A stretch of DNA of 64,000 bases, taken from positions 256,001-320,000 of the forward strand of contig CBDANS010000005.1 in the NCBI GenBank assembly GCA_965197745.1. Reading direction: 5' to 3'. The notes under the pieces are model-generated. The model saw only the letters and a program-made list of their open reading frames with translations, made no database searches and was not told where the DNA came from. The first letter of the stretch is position 1. Every line of letters starts with the position of its first letter. The translations under genes were made by a program, and so were the position numbers. This document shows, piece by piece, positions 20,142 to 30,406 of the stretch. This DNA comes from Opitutales bacterium. GTDB lineage: Bacteria; Verrucomicrobiota; Verrucomicrobiia; Opitutales; PNEW01.

Positions 20142-20252
20142 GTTTAGAAAATTATATTATGTAAGCATTTATTTTTTAGGGTTTGCTGGGTAAATCATCA
20201 CTCATTACAATTAAAGGCGACCTGGCTGCCCTGAAGAGCAGGAGAAAGAAAC

Positions 20253-20615
20253 ATGCCTAGAAGCACACAATCTGTCGCAACGCGAAAACGCCGCAAACGG
20301 ACCCTTCAGCAGACTAAGGGTTATTGGGGCAATAAATCACGACTCTACCGCTATGCTAAAGAAGCGGTGGACCGGGCCGGTCAGTTTGCTTATCGAGACC
20401 GTCGAAAGAAGAAAAGCACCTGGCGGCAACTTTGGATTGTCCGAGTTAATGCCGCTTGCCGAGCGCATGATATCAATTACAGCCGATTTATTCATGGTTT
20501 AAAATTAGCAGGTATCGAACTGGACCGTAAATCGCTATCGGAAATTGCTATTAATGATGAACCTGCCTTTAAGGCTCTGGTAGAAAAATCAATAAAGGCA
20601 AATAAAGCTGCTTAA
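20253..20615 (+). CDS. rplT: 50S ribosomal protein L20
   Basis: KGYWG, AYRDRRKKK, RQLWIVRVNAA and LDRKSLSEIA motifs. Confidence 0.97.
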   Translation: MPRSTQSVATRKRRKRTLQQTKGYWGNKSRLYRYAKEAVDRAGQFAYRDRRKKKSTWRQLWIVRVNAACRAHDINYSRFIHGLKLAGIELDRKSLSEIAINDEPAFKALVEKSIKANKAA

Positions 20616-20713
20616 AGTCCGTTGTAATCATCAGGGTCTTTGTCCCATTATAAATATCTCGGATAGAGGGGCAGTTATTAACTGTAGTTAGATTACCTTC
20701 TTCCCTATTAACC

Positions 20714-21754
20714 ATGGAAGATAAGCTTAAAGCTATCCTAGATGAAGTGCAGACCGGTGTTAATGAACTGCATAGTCGCGCTGATTTTGAAGCTTTTAAA
20801 GCGCGATTGATTGGCCCCAGAGGTAGTTTCACGCAAATTGGAAAAGGGATAAGTGAATTACCGAAAGAAGAGCGCCCAAAATTTGGGAAACGTATCAATG
20901 AAGTAAAAAGGCAAATCGAGCTGTTACTCAGTCAATCACTTGAAAAAATTGAAAAAAATGAATTGTTGAAAAGTCTGGGTGCTGAGGTTGACCCCACGCT
21001 TCCCAGTCCTGATGATGGACCGGGGTCTCATCACATCCTTAGCCAGGTGCGACGGGAAATCTGCAGCATTTTTCGAAAAGTAGGTTTTACGGTTGCTGAG
21101 GGTCCCGAGCTCGAAACCGAATTCCATTGTTTCGACGCCCTTAATACTCCGCCGGACCACCCAGCTCGTGATGTCCAGGATACCTATTACCTTCCCCCAT
21201 CATTTAAATCTGGAAACCTGTCAAAAGGTGATGATGAGCGGTATGTTTTGCGGACTCATACATCAACGGTACAAGTGCGAACACTAATGGCGGAAGATCC
21301 ACCCCTTCGAATTATATCGCCGGGACGGGTTTTCCGTCGCGACACCATGGATGCAACCCATAGCGCTAATTTCACACAGATTGAGGGGCTCTATGTTGAC
21401 AAGAACGTCACGGTTAAGGATCTCAAGGCTGTCCTTGATTACTTCATTCAGTCCCTTTTGGGAGAAAATACGCGATTCCGATTCCGGCCGCATTTTTTCC
21501 CCTACACGGAGCCCAGTTTTGAAGTTGATTTCTATTCGGCCCATCTAGCCAAAGTGGGAGCTGAATGGACAGAAATTATGGGGTGTGGCATGGTAGATCC
21601 CGCTCTATTTGAAGCCGTTAATTATGATCCCCATGAATGGACGGGTTATGCTTTTGGCATGGGAATCGAACGCATTGCCATGATCCTCTATGGTATAGAT
21701 GATGTCCGTTACTTTTACCATAATGACCATCGGTTTCTTAAGCAGTTTTCATGA
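20714..21754 (+). CDS. pheS: Phenylalanyl-tRNA synthetase alpha subunit
   Basis: HPARDVQDT, LRTHTS, FPYTEPS and GYAFGMGIER motifs. Confidence 0.97.
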   Translation: MEDKLKAILDEVQTGVNELHSRADFEAFKARLIGPRGSFTQIGKGISELPKEERPKFGKRINEVKRQIELLLSQSLEKIEKNELLKSLGAEVDPTLPSPDDGPGSHHILSQVRREICSIFRKVGFTVAEGPELETEFHCFDALNTPPDHPARDVQDTYYLPPSFKSGNLSKGDDERYVLRTHTSTVQVRTLMAEDPPLRIISPGRVFRRDTMDATHSANFTQIEGLYVDKNVTVKDLKAVLDYFIQSLLGENTRFRFRPHFFPYTEPSFEVDFYSAHLAKVGAEWTEIMGCGMVDPALFEAVNYDPHEWTGYAFGMGIERIAMILYGIDDVRYFYHNDHRFLKQFS

Positions 21755-21865
21755 CACGTCAGGGTATGAATCTGTATTGATTTTAATTTATGATTTAAAA
21801 CGTCAAGCAATTTGAAGCGTAAATCCGAATCCCATCTACCAGTAAATCACTAACATTCAACCTCT

Positions 21866-24313
21866 ATGAAAATAAGCCTTGAGTGGCTCAGTCGATATAT
21901 AGAATTGGATAAGTCTCCTCAAGAAATTGAAGAGGCGCTTACTCTTATTGGCTTTGAAGTTGAAGGCGTTGAAAATAGGGGACTGCCCCAAATGGATAAG
22001 GTTGTTGTGGGAGAGGTTATAAGCAGCGAAAGGCATCCCAATGCTGATCGTCTGAGTGTGTGTGAAGTTGCTGTGGGTGGCAATTCAGACAACCGGCAGA
22101 TTGTCTGCGGCGCTGATAATTATAAGGTGGGCGATCGAGTCCCGGTAGCCCTTCCCGGAGCTGAATTACCAGGCGGTTTGAAAATAAAAAAATCCAAATT
22201 GCGCGGAATTACATCTAAAGGGATGATGTGCAGCCCCAAAGAATTGGGCCTTGGTGATGAACATATGGGCTTGCTCATTCTGGAAGATCGTCCGGAGATC
22301 GGATTGCCCATAAATGAAGTATTTACAAACAATGATGTTGTCTTCGACATTGAAGTAACGCCGAACCGATCAGATTGCCTAAGTTATATCGGTATTGCGC
22401 GTGAACTGGGCGCTTTTTTTCACCAGAAGTTTTATTATCCTGAAGTAAAAGCAAGTTCAAGTAACAGCGATACCGGGAATAACCTTATAGACACGGTTCG
22501 CGTCGATACTGTGGAAAACTGTCCCCATTATCGTGCCTATTCCATTCAGAATGTGAAAATTGTTTCCAGCCCCGACTGGTTGCAACGATTGCTTAAAACT
22601 GTGGGACTGCGTCCTATTAATAATGTTGTCGATATTACTAATTTCGTTCTCCACGAACTCGGACATCCTCTGCATGCTTTTGATGCATCTAAAATACGCG
22701 GACGCCAACTGATTATCCGACCTGCTCAGCAGGGGGAAAAGATAATTACGCTCGACGATCATGAGCGGGAATTACTGTGGGATATGACGGTAATTGCAGA
22801 CACTGAAAGGGCATTGGTGATTGGTGGTATAATGGGAAGCATAGAAGCGGAAGTGGATGAGAATACAACGGATCTGGTTTTGGAAGCAGCCTATTTTAAT
22901 CCCATCAATATCCGGCGCACCTCACGTACCCTCGGTCTCTCTACTGACAGCTCATACAGGTACGAGCGCGGTGTCGATCCTTGCGGCGCTGAGTATGCCG
23001 CCATACGTGCAATCGATTTGATAGAGGAAATTGCCGGTGGGGAATTAGCGGGATCACCCCTTGTTAAAGGCGAACCATCAATGATTGAACGGGAAATTGA
23101 AATTTCGCCAGAATTCGTGTGTCAACGGCTCGGTTTCAAAGTTGAAAATGGGCTTATTCAAGAAGCTTTCGAAGGGCTGCAACTCAACGTAAGTATTCAT
23201 GAGACGGAAAATGGGAGCGAAACCTGGAATGTTGGGATACCGAGTTACCGACTGGATCTCGAAAGGCGTGTTGATCTGGTCGAAGAATTCCTTCGCATTT
23301 ATGGAACCAATAACATTCCTGCAGCTAAGGTTGTAACCCCAGGACTGATGCGCGAAGATGATTCCATCAGCGTAAATTTAAACGATATGTCCGATTATTT
23401 AGTGGGCCAGAATTTCAATGAATGTGCCAACTATAGCACACGCAGTGAAGAAGAATTGCTGCACTGGTATACTCAAACTGACGCCAACAGCTTGCAAATA
23501 GCTAATCCTCTCTCAAGTGACCAAAGCCATTTGCGAAGTTCCCTGATACCTGGGCTCCTTGATAACGTGAAGCTTAATCAGTCCCGTGGAAATAATTTGA
23601 GACGGGTATTTGAAAGTGGGCGGGTATATAAAGAGCGAGACGGCTCAGTGTGGGAACTCATTTCTGTAGCTTTTCTTGTAGTTCAAACCCCGATGCCGGA
23701 AACCTGGCTTGCTCGCGAAGCACCTGATTTCCATCATGCGAAAAATACGGTGCGCAATATTTTAAAAATATCCGGAATTAACTGTGTAGAAGAATCATTT
23801 ATCCCGCTCGTTGGAGAAAATTCCTGGCAGGAAGGTCATTCGGCGACAACCGGTGATTTCATTAACGGATACGAAGCGAGGGTTGGTCTTGTCAGTCATC
23901 CCATGCTTAGAAAATGGGACTTCATAGGCACTATCCTTGGGGGTGAAATATATATCCAACCTGAATTTCTAAAACAGAAAAGAGAGAAGCCTTATCACCA
24001 GCCTTTTAGCCAATTTCCGCCCACCACGAAAGATCTTGCTCTCCTTGTCGATGAAAAAGTTCTCGCTGGTAAAGTTAGGTTGGATCTGGAGAACGTCGCA
24101 CGAGAATGCGTTGGCAGTGATTATGAATTAGAGTCGGTTACAATTTTTGATCTCTATCAGGGGAAAGAACTTCCAGATGGCAAGAAAAGCATCGCGTTTT
24201 CACTGGTATTTCGCTCTTTGGGCCGAACCTTAACTGATGATGAGGTCAATCCTGTCTTTGAGGCCATTCAAGGTAAGATAACTGAAGGTAATGATTACAG
24301 TGTTCGATCATAA
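21866..24313 (+). CDS. pheT: Phenylalanyl-tRNA synthetase beta subunit
   Basis: MKISLEWL, HPNADRL, TPNRSDCL, RPINNVVDITN, YERGVD and a C-terminal anticodon-binding domain. Confidence 0.97.
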   Translation: MKISLEWLSRYIELDKSPQEIEEALTLIGFEVEGVENRGLPQMDKVVVGEVISSERHPNADRLSVCEVAVGGNSDNRQIVCGADNYKVGDRVPVALPGAELPGGLKIKKSKLRGITSKGMMCSPKELGLGDEHMGLLILEDRPEIGLPINEVFTNNDVVFDIEVTPNRSDCLSYIGIARELGAFFHQKFYYPEVKASSSNSDTGNNLIDTVRVDTVENCPHYRAYSIQNVKIVSSPDWLQRLLKTVGLRPINNVVDITNFVLHELGHPLHAFDASKIRGRQLIIRPAQQGEKIITLDDHERELLWDMTVIADTERALVIGGIMGSIEAEVDENTTDLVLEAAYFNPINIRRTSRTLGLSTDSSYRYERGVDPCGAEYAAIRAIDLIEEIAGGELAGSPLVKGEPSMIEREIEISPEFVCQRLGFKVENGLIQEAFEGLQLNVSIHETENGSETWNVGIPSYRLDLERRVDLVEEFLRIYGTNNIPAAKVVTPGLMREDDSISVNLNDMSDYLVGQNFNECANYSTRSEEELLHWYTQTDANSLQIANPLSSDQSHLRSSLIPGLLDNVKLNQSRGNNLRRVFESGRVYKERDGSVWELISVAFLVVQTPMPETWLAREAPDFHHAKNTVRNILKISGINCVEESFIPLVGENSWQEGHSATTGDFINGYEARVGLVSHPMLRKWDFIGTILGGEIYIQPEFLKQKREKPYHQPFSQFPPTTKDLALLVDEKVLAGKVRLDLENVARECVGSDYELESVTIFDLYQGKELPDGKKSIAFSLVFRSLGRTLTDDEVNPVFEAIQGKITEGNDYSVRS

Positions 24314-24390
24314 ATATCCTCTCCGAGTTAACCCCTTCCGTAATCCTTTGATCTTGCCTTTAGGTTGATACTCATCAAAACCCCATTGGC

Positions 24391-24681
24391 ATGGCTGACC
24401 CCTTAAGAATTGATATCGACTATGTGTCGAATCTCGCGCGCCTGGAATTAACGGATGAAGAAAAAAAGAAGTTTTCCGCCCAACTCAGAGATGTGCTGAC
24501 CTATTTTGAACGGATCAACAAAATAGATGTTAGCGGGGTTGAACCGATGGCCCATGCTTTTCCCGTATATAATGTATGGAATGAAGATAAGGGAGTAGAA
24601 GGATTTACAGTTGAAGAAGCGCTGAAAAACGCACCGGCTGAGCGTGATAATCAAATTGTCGTGCCCAAAATAGTCGAGTAA
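24391..24681 (+). CDS. gatC: Asp/Glu-tRNA amidotransferase subunit C
   Basis: VSNLARLEL...NAP...VPKIVE; precedes gatA. Confidence 0.95.
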   Translation: MADPLRIDIDYVSNLARLELTDEEKKKFSAQLRDVLTYFERINKIDVSGVEPMAHAFPVYNVWNEDKGVEGFTVEEALKNAPAERDNQIVVPKIVE

Positions 24682-24748
24682 TAAAGGACGCCAGTGACCT
24701 TCACAAGTTCGAGGGTATATTGTAAATAGATATCAATATATATAAAAA

Positions 24749-26212
24749 ATGTCCGAACTCTATTATAAGACAGCAATTGATTTAAGCGGCATGCTTGAAA
24801 ATGGTGAAATCTCTTCCTCTGAATTGACAGAGGCGATAATTGAACGCACCAAGGCTGTTGACCCAAAAGTAAAAGCATTTCTTCAATTTGATGAGGGAAA
24901 TGCGATTAAACAGGCTAAAACCAGTGACGCACGTCGTGCTCGCGGCGAATCCTGTGGACCCCTCGAAGGGATACCCGTTGGTCTTAAAGATGTAATATCA
25001 GTCAAAGGAGAACAGCTTACCTGTTCGAGTAAAATACTCGGAAATTTTATCTCTCCCTATGATGCGACAACGACGACGAAGCTTAAAAATGCGGGGGCCG
25101 TTCTTTGGGGGCGTTTAAATATGGATGAATTTGCCATGGGATCGTCAACGGAGAACTCTTCATTTCAAGTTACCTCTAATCCATGGGCATTGGAACGGAT
25201 TCCCGGTGGGAGCAGTGGCGGCAGTGCCGCCTCTGTGTCTGCAGGAGAAGCGGTAGTAACTTTAGGTAGCGATACTGGTGGATCCATTCGCCAACCTGCC
25301 TCTCTTTGTGGAGTTGTTGGTATGAAGCCGACTTATGGGCTAATTTCACGATATGGGCTCGTAGCCTATGCTTCTTCACTGGATCAGATTGGACCTATCG
25401 GTCGTTGCGTTGAAGATGTCGCGATACTCTTGCAGGTCATTGCCGGACATGATCCCTTGGATTCAACTTCTATAAGCACGGAAATTCCCGATTACCGCGC
25501 TGCCCTTAGAGAGCAATCCGATCCCTTGAAACTAGGCGTCCCACGGGAATATTTTGGCGAAGGTTTGGATAAAGAAGTAGAAACAGCAATAGAGAATGCC
25601 ATAGAATTTTATAAAAATGAAGGTTGTGAGATAATTGATGTCTCCTTGCCGCACACCGATTTAGCGGTCCCTGTATATTATATCATCGCTACAGCGGAAG
25701 CCTCGTCAAATCTCGCCCGTTACGATGGGATTCGCTATACCCATAGGAGTGAAAAGGCTACCGACTCGGTAGATATTTATTTCAAATCCAGAGCTGAGGG
25801 ATTCGGGGAGGAAGTTAAACGACGTATTATCCTGGGCACCTACGTATTGAGTAGCGGTTATTACGATGCCTATTACCTCCGCGCTCAAAAAGTGCGTACT
25901 CTTATTCGGCAGGATTTTATGAAAGCCTTTGAATCGGTCGATGCCTTGATTACCCCTACGTCTCCAACTGTCGCTTTCAAAATAGGAGAACGTTCTGACA
26001 ACCCACTCGCGATGTATCTAAGTGATATATACACAATATCACTCAATCTCTCAGGATTACCCGGCCTCTCTATTCCCTGTGGATTTAATTCGGAAAATCT
26101 ACCCATCGGGTTGCAAATCATTGGCAGACCCTTTCACGAAAGTGATATCCTCTCTCTGGCCCATAAATTTGAAAGCCACCACGATTTTCATCTGCAGCAC
26201 CCCGTGCTTTGA
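24749..26212 (+). CDS. gatA: Asp/Glu-tRNA amidotransferase subunit A
   Basis: Amidase signature GGSSGGSAA, GSDTGGSIRQP, SSNLARYDG and EVKRRIILGT. Confidence 0.97.
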   Translation: MSELYYKTAIDLSGMLENGEISSSELTEAIIERTKAVDPKVKAFLQFDEGNAIKQAKTSDARRARGESCGPLEGIPVGLKDVISVKGEQLTCSSKILGNFISPYDATTTTKLKNAGAVLWGRLNMDEFAMGSSTENSSFQVTSNPWALERIPGGSSGGSAASVSAGEAVVTLGSDTGGSIRQPASLCGVVGMKPTYGLISRYGLVAYASSLDQIGPIGRCVEDVAILLQVIAGHDPLDSTSISTEIPDYRAALREQSDPLKLGVPREYFGEGLDKEVETAIENAIEFYKNEGCEIIDVSLPHTDLAVPVYYIIATAEASSNLARYDGIRYTHRSEKATDSVDIYFKSRAEGFGEEVKRRIILGTYVLSSGYYDAYYLRAQKVRTLIRQDFMKAFESVDALITPTSPTVAFKIGERSDNPLAMYLSDIYTISLNLSGLPGLSIPCGFNSENLPIGLQIIGRPFHESDILSLAHKFESHHDFHLQHPVL

Positions 26213-26269
26213 ATTTTATTTAATAATCTTTTAATCGTCACTCATTAGAATTTTATTATTATTGTTACA

Positions 26270-27727
26270 ATGGAGTATGAAGCAGTAATTGGGCTTGAAG
26301 TACACGTTCAATTAAAAACCGAGTCTAAAATGTTTACCCGCGTAAGCTATCGTTATGCGGCGCCGCCTAACACTTTGACTAACCCCGTTGTTATGGGGAT
26401 GCCCGGCACCTTACCGGTAATGAATAAAGGAGCTGTTGAAAAAACTATTATCGTAGGGCTGATGTTTGGTTGTGATATCGCTCATCTCTGTAAATGGGAT
26501 AGAAAAAATTATTTTTATCCCGACATGCCTAAAAATTATCAAATATCCCAGTACGACCAACCGCTCTGTGAAAGGGGAGCGGTAGAGATAGAATTACCCG
26601 GTCCATCGCGCAATACAATGGGTGAACATCGCAAGGTGGATCTTACGCGCATCCATTTGGAGGAAGACGCCGGTAAATCAACGCATTATGAATACGATAG
26701 CACTTTGGATTTCAATCGGTCAGGGGCATGCCTTATAGAAATTGTGTCAGAACCGGTTTTACACAGTGCGGAGGAAGCTTTTGCCTATTTGACAGCATTG
26801 CGCATGAATTTGATGTATGAGGATATATCAGACTGTGATATGGAAAAAGGGCAGATGCGCTGTGATGCCAATATAAGCATTCGCCTGAAAGGAGATACCG
26901 AATTGGGCGAAAAAGTTGAGCTGAAAAACCTGAATACTATATCTGGTGTCCGCAATGGTCTGGATTTTGAGATCGAACGCCAAATCAATGCCTTGAAAAA
27001 GGGGGACAGAATTGTTCAGGAAACACGTCTGTGGAATGCGGAAAGGGGAATAACTGCCCCGATGCGTTCAAAAGAAGAGGCGCACGACTATCGTTATTTC
27101 CCCGATCCCGATCTTATGCCGGTAAAAATAGAAGAGGATACGATTGAACGATTACGCGCTACACTTACTGAAATGCCTTATGACAAGCAGCGCCGCTTCA
27201 TGGAAAAGTATGATTTGCCTTACACCGTAACTTCAGTGCTCTGTCCCGATAAAGCATTATGTGATTTTTTTGAAGCAGCGGTGACCCTATACAATAAACC
27301 CAAACCGATTGCTAATTTTATCACGAATGATCTGTTGCGCGAACTTTCCGCGTCGGGGACGAATGGAACACTTCCCCTTAAACATTGTAAAGTGACTCCT
27401 GAAGACATTGCCTGTCTGGCGAGAATGGTCGATGAAGGCACTATTTCAAAACAGATTGCTCAGGATGTTTTCATCGATACATTTAAAACGGGTAAGAACC
27501 CTGAAAAAATAGTAAATGAGAAGGGCCTTATACAATCGAGTGACACGGAAGAGTTGGAGGAAATATGCAGTGATGTTATAAGCAAGAATCCGAAGCCCGC
27601 TGAAGAATTCAAAGGAGGTAAGGATAATGCCATAAATGCTTTGAAAGGACAGGTAATGAAGGCTACACAAGGCAAAGCTAACCCTAAAATCGTAGATGAT
27701 CTGTTACGTAAATTATTGACCAGCTAA
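26270..27727 (+). CDS. gatB: Asp/Glu-tRNA amidotransferase subunit B
   Basis: IGLEVHVQL, RKNYFYPD, HLEEDAGK and DYRYFPDPDL motifs. Confidence 0.97.
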   Translation: MEYEAVIGLEVHVQLKTESKMFTRVSYRYAAPPNTLTNPVVMGMPGTLPVMNKGAVEKTIIVGLMFGCDIAHLCKWDRKNYFYPDMPKNYQISQYDQPLCERGAVEIELPGPSRNTMGEHRKVDLTRIHLEEDAGKSTHYEYDSTLDFNRSGACLIEIVSEPVLHSAEEAFAYLTALRMNLMYEDISDCDMEKGQMRCDANISIRLKGDTELGEKVELKNLNTISGVRNGLDFEIERQINALKKGDRIVQETRLWNAERGITAPMRSKEEAHDYRYFPDPDLMPVKIEEDTIERLRATLTEMPYDKQRRFMEKYDLPYTVTSVLCPDKALCDFFEAAVTLYNKPKPIANFITNDLLRELSASGTNGTLPLKHCKVTPEDIACLARMVDEGTISKQIAQDVFIDTFKTGKNPEKIVNEKGLIQSSDTEELEEICSDVISKNPKPAEEFKGGKDNAINALKGQVMKATQGKANPKIVDDLLRKLLTS

Positions 27728-27793
27728 GATACATTTTCTTCGTCTTTAATCTTTCATCATTTATGAAATGGATTATTCTAAGGACAAAACAAT

Positions 27794-28069
27794 ATGATGG
27801 ACGCAAAAATATCTAAAAATTTAGGCATCTTCACCCTAATTTTGGGCATTGCATCATGGGCATTGCTCACCCTGTCTTTGATAGTCGGACACGGCGAACC
27901 CCATGCCTGGGCTATAGCTGCTGCTTCTGCTGCCGGAGCTTTTGCTCTAGTGGGATCTTTTACGGGCTTAGTAGCACTGGCCCGTTACCCTGAAAAAATT
28001 CACAACTGGTTTGGTCTTCTGCTATGCCTCGCATGGTTGGGCTTTTTTACGGGGGCGAGAATGCTTTGA
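27794..28069 (+). CDS. Small hypothetical membrane protein (about 3 TM helices)
   Basis: 91 aa, strongly hydrophobic, fills the gap between gatB and the convergent peptidase. Confidence 0.6.
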   Translation: MMDAKISKNLGIFTLILGIASWALLTLSLIVGHGEPHAWAIAAASAAGAFALVGSFTGLVALARYPEKIHNWFGLLLCLAWLGFFTGARML

Positions 28070-28122
28070 GCAGATATACGGAGTTATTATTCCATCGTTC
28101 GAAGGACAGCTCAAATCAGGGG

Positions 28123-29628
28123 CTATAGATAGAGGGGTAAGTAGCGCTCTTCCAAATATTTGATCAGACTTTTCGGAGAAAGGGCCTCTCCTGTCACCAT
28201 CTGTGTTAAAGTGAGCGTGTCGTATTGTTTTCCGTGACCGTGAATATTTATCCTTAACCAATTAAGGAGTGTGGAAAAATCACCCCTGAGAAAATCCTCT
28301 TCGAGACCGGGCTGTGCCTTGCGCACGGCAAACCAAAGTTGGGCTGCAAGCATATTGCCGAGGCAGTAGCTGGGGAAATATCCAAAACTCCCGGAAGACC
28401 AGTGGATATCCTGAAGCACTCCCTCACTGTCACTCCTTGGTTTCAATCCGACTATCTCCAGGGATAAGCGATTCCACTCAGCAGGGAGGTCTTCGATGGT
28501 GAGATCACCTGAAAATAGTCTTTTTTCCAATTCGAATCGCAATATGATATGCAGGTTGTAAGTGACTTCGTCGGAATCGACCCGAATCGGATTCAAAGCC
28601 ACCGCATTTAGGGTGAGATAAAATTGTTCACGCGAAATTTTTGCCAGTTGACCAGGGAAAAGTTTGCGGTATTTAGGTTCCCAATATTCCCAGAACGACC
28701 TGCTCCGCCCCACCTGGTTTTCCCAAAGTCGGCTTTGGGATTCGTGGACAGCCATACCAACCGCCGAACCCAAAGCAGTCCCGAGATGCGCGGAAGGTAA
28801 GCCCTGTTCGTACATTCCATGTCCGGTTTCATGAATAGAGCTGAAAAGCGAACTTAACGGGTTATTAGCCTCATAGCGTGTGGTCATGCGCGTATCGCTG
28901 CCATCTCCCCCGCAAAATGGGTGTAGGGCCTGGTCGATGCGGCCATGATCGTAATCAAAGCCGAGCGCGGCGGTAACTTCGCGTAAAAAATCCTCCTGCA
29001 ATTCTCTGGGGAATTCTCTCAATATTGAAGTGTCTGCCCTGGTTGATGATTTTAAGATTTTCTGCACAAGAGGAATGAGATCCTTTTTAAGAGCATTAAA
29101 AAGCTTGTTAATGATATCAGCATTTAAACCGGGATCGTGATTATCTATATGGTAATCATAGGCATTTTCACGGGTGTAGCCAATATACTGGGCTTCCTCG
29201 ATGGCACTGTTCACCTGTTGCTTTAAAAGAGGAGCAAAGAGACTAAAATTATTTTTTTCACGCGCTTCCGCCCACGCATGATAGGCCTTACTATCCAGGG
29301 CGGATTTTCTAGCAACAAATTCAGCCGGCAGTTTTGTCATTCGGTCGTAATTACGCCGTGCCTCTTTAAGCACAGCCAGCTCTTGATTGCTAAACTGCAC
29401 AGTATTATTTTCCAATTCTTCAATCCACTGACCCATTTGCGGCAGTGTCGATTCCCGATGGACAAGGTCGGCTAAGGCGGATAGTTGCTCGGCACGCTGA
29501 CTGGAACTTCCTTTGGGTAAATTTACCTGCTCGTCCCAGTGCATAAGACCCAATGCACCGCCAAGAAGATAGATGCGTTTTAATTCAACAAGCAGTTTAT
29601 TATATGTCGTAGCTTCATTCACTGGCAT
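28123..29628 (-). CDS. Carboxypeptidase, M32 (Taq) family
   Basis: HPF, HETGHGMYEQG, HESQSRLWEN, GVLQDIHW and GYFPSY motifs. Start placed at MPVNE. Confidence 0.93.
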   Translation of the reverse strand: MPVNEATTYNKLLVELKRIYLLGGALGLMHWDEQVNLPKGSSSQRAEQLSALADLVHRESTLPQMGQWIEELENNTVQFSNQELAVLKEARRNYDRMTKLPAEFVARKSALDSKAYHAWAEAREKNNFSLFAPLLKQQVNSAIEEAQYIGYTRENAYDYHIDNHDPGLNADIINKLFNALKKDLIPLVQKILKSSTRADTSILREFPRELQEDFLREVTAALGFDYDHGRIDQALHPFCGGDGSDTRMTTRYEANNPLSSLFSSIHETGHGMYEQGLPSAHLGTALGSAVGMAVHESQSRLWENQVGRSRSFWEYWEPKYRKLFPGQLAKISREQFYLTLNAVALNPIRVDSDEVTYNLHIILRFELEKRLFSGDLTIEDLPAEWNRLSLEIVGLKPRSDSEGVLQDIHWSSGSFGYFPSYCLGNMLAAQLWFAVRKAQPGLEEDFLRGDFSTLLNWLRINIHGHGKQYDTLTLTQMVTGEALSPKSLIKYLEERYLPLYL

Positions 29629-29653
29629 GGGGATGTTAAATATGAATTTTATA

Positions 29654-30406
29654 TTACTCCCATATTTTTCCAATTTCATCGAGCAGGACCCAACCGGATT
29701 TACCCTGAGGGGTGCTTAAGAAAAGAAAATTCTGATGGGCTCGCTCCATAATTGCCAATTCACCCGCTTGGACATATGCCGTAGATGGACTGATCTCCGT
29801 GGGAGCAACTCTTAGAGTAGTATCATTGTTGAGAATCACTACTTCTTTATTTTTATTTTGGTAACCATAAAGAGCCAGTATGGAAATCAATGAAAATATT
29901 GCACCGGTAGCCATCAGCATGCGAGTGACGGTACTGCTTACACCATAGAGGCGCGGTAGCAGATAGAGCGCTATCATGGCCCAAAAACTGACGGTACAAA
30001 TCCAGCACCATGTGGAAAGCGAAAGAGCAATCGCAATACGTGTGATCCAGTGATATTCCGGTGAAGTGAGGTCTGAGTTTTCCCTCACAAATTTCAGGTT
30101 TGCCTGAACATCTGGATTGCCCGGTTGCAGGGCCAGTGATTTCTCATAATGCAATATAGCATTACCTGTTTTTCCACTTTTATACCAGGCGTTACCCAGA
30201 TTGTAGTGAAGCGCGGCAGATTGAGATATATTCAGGCATTCCTCGTAAAGCATGATTGCTTCATCAAGGTTATCTCGACTGTAAGCTTCATTCCCTTGAT
30301 TAAAGAGAGATTCCAGCTTTGCTCCATAAGTATAATTCTGCGGCCAGACAATAATAATTACGAGGCACATCAACGCTATCTGTATCGTTCTATTTATTAC
30401 TATCAT
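29654..30406 (-). CDS. batE: BatE-like TPR/SH3 membrane protein
   Basis: TPR (LHYNLGNAWYK), two TM helices and an SH3-like end (GKSGWV). Start placed at MIVIN, overlapping the batD stop. Confidence 0.75.
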   Translation of the reverse strand: MIVINRTIQIALMCLVIIIVWPQNYTYGAKLESLFNQGNEAYSRDNLDEAIMLYEECLNISQSAALHYNLGNAWYKSGKTGNAILHYEKSLALQPGNPDVQANLKFVRENSDLTSPEYHWITRIAIALSLSTWCWICTVSFWAMIALYLLPRLYGVSSTVTRMLMATGAIFSLISILALYGYQNKNKEVVILNNDTTLRVAPTEISPSTAYVQAGELAIMERAHQNFLFLSTPQGKSGWVLLDEIGKIWE

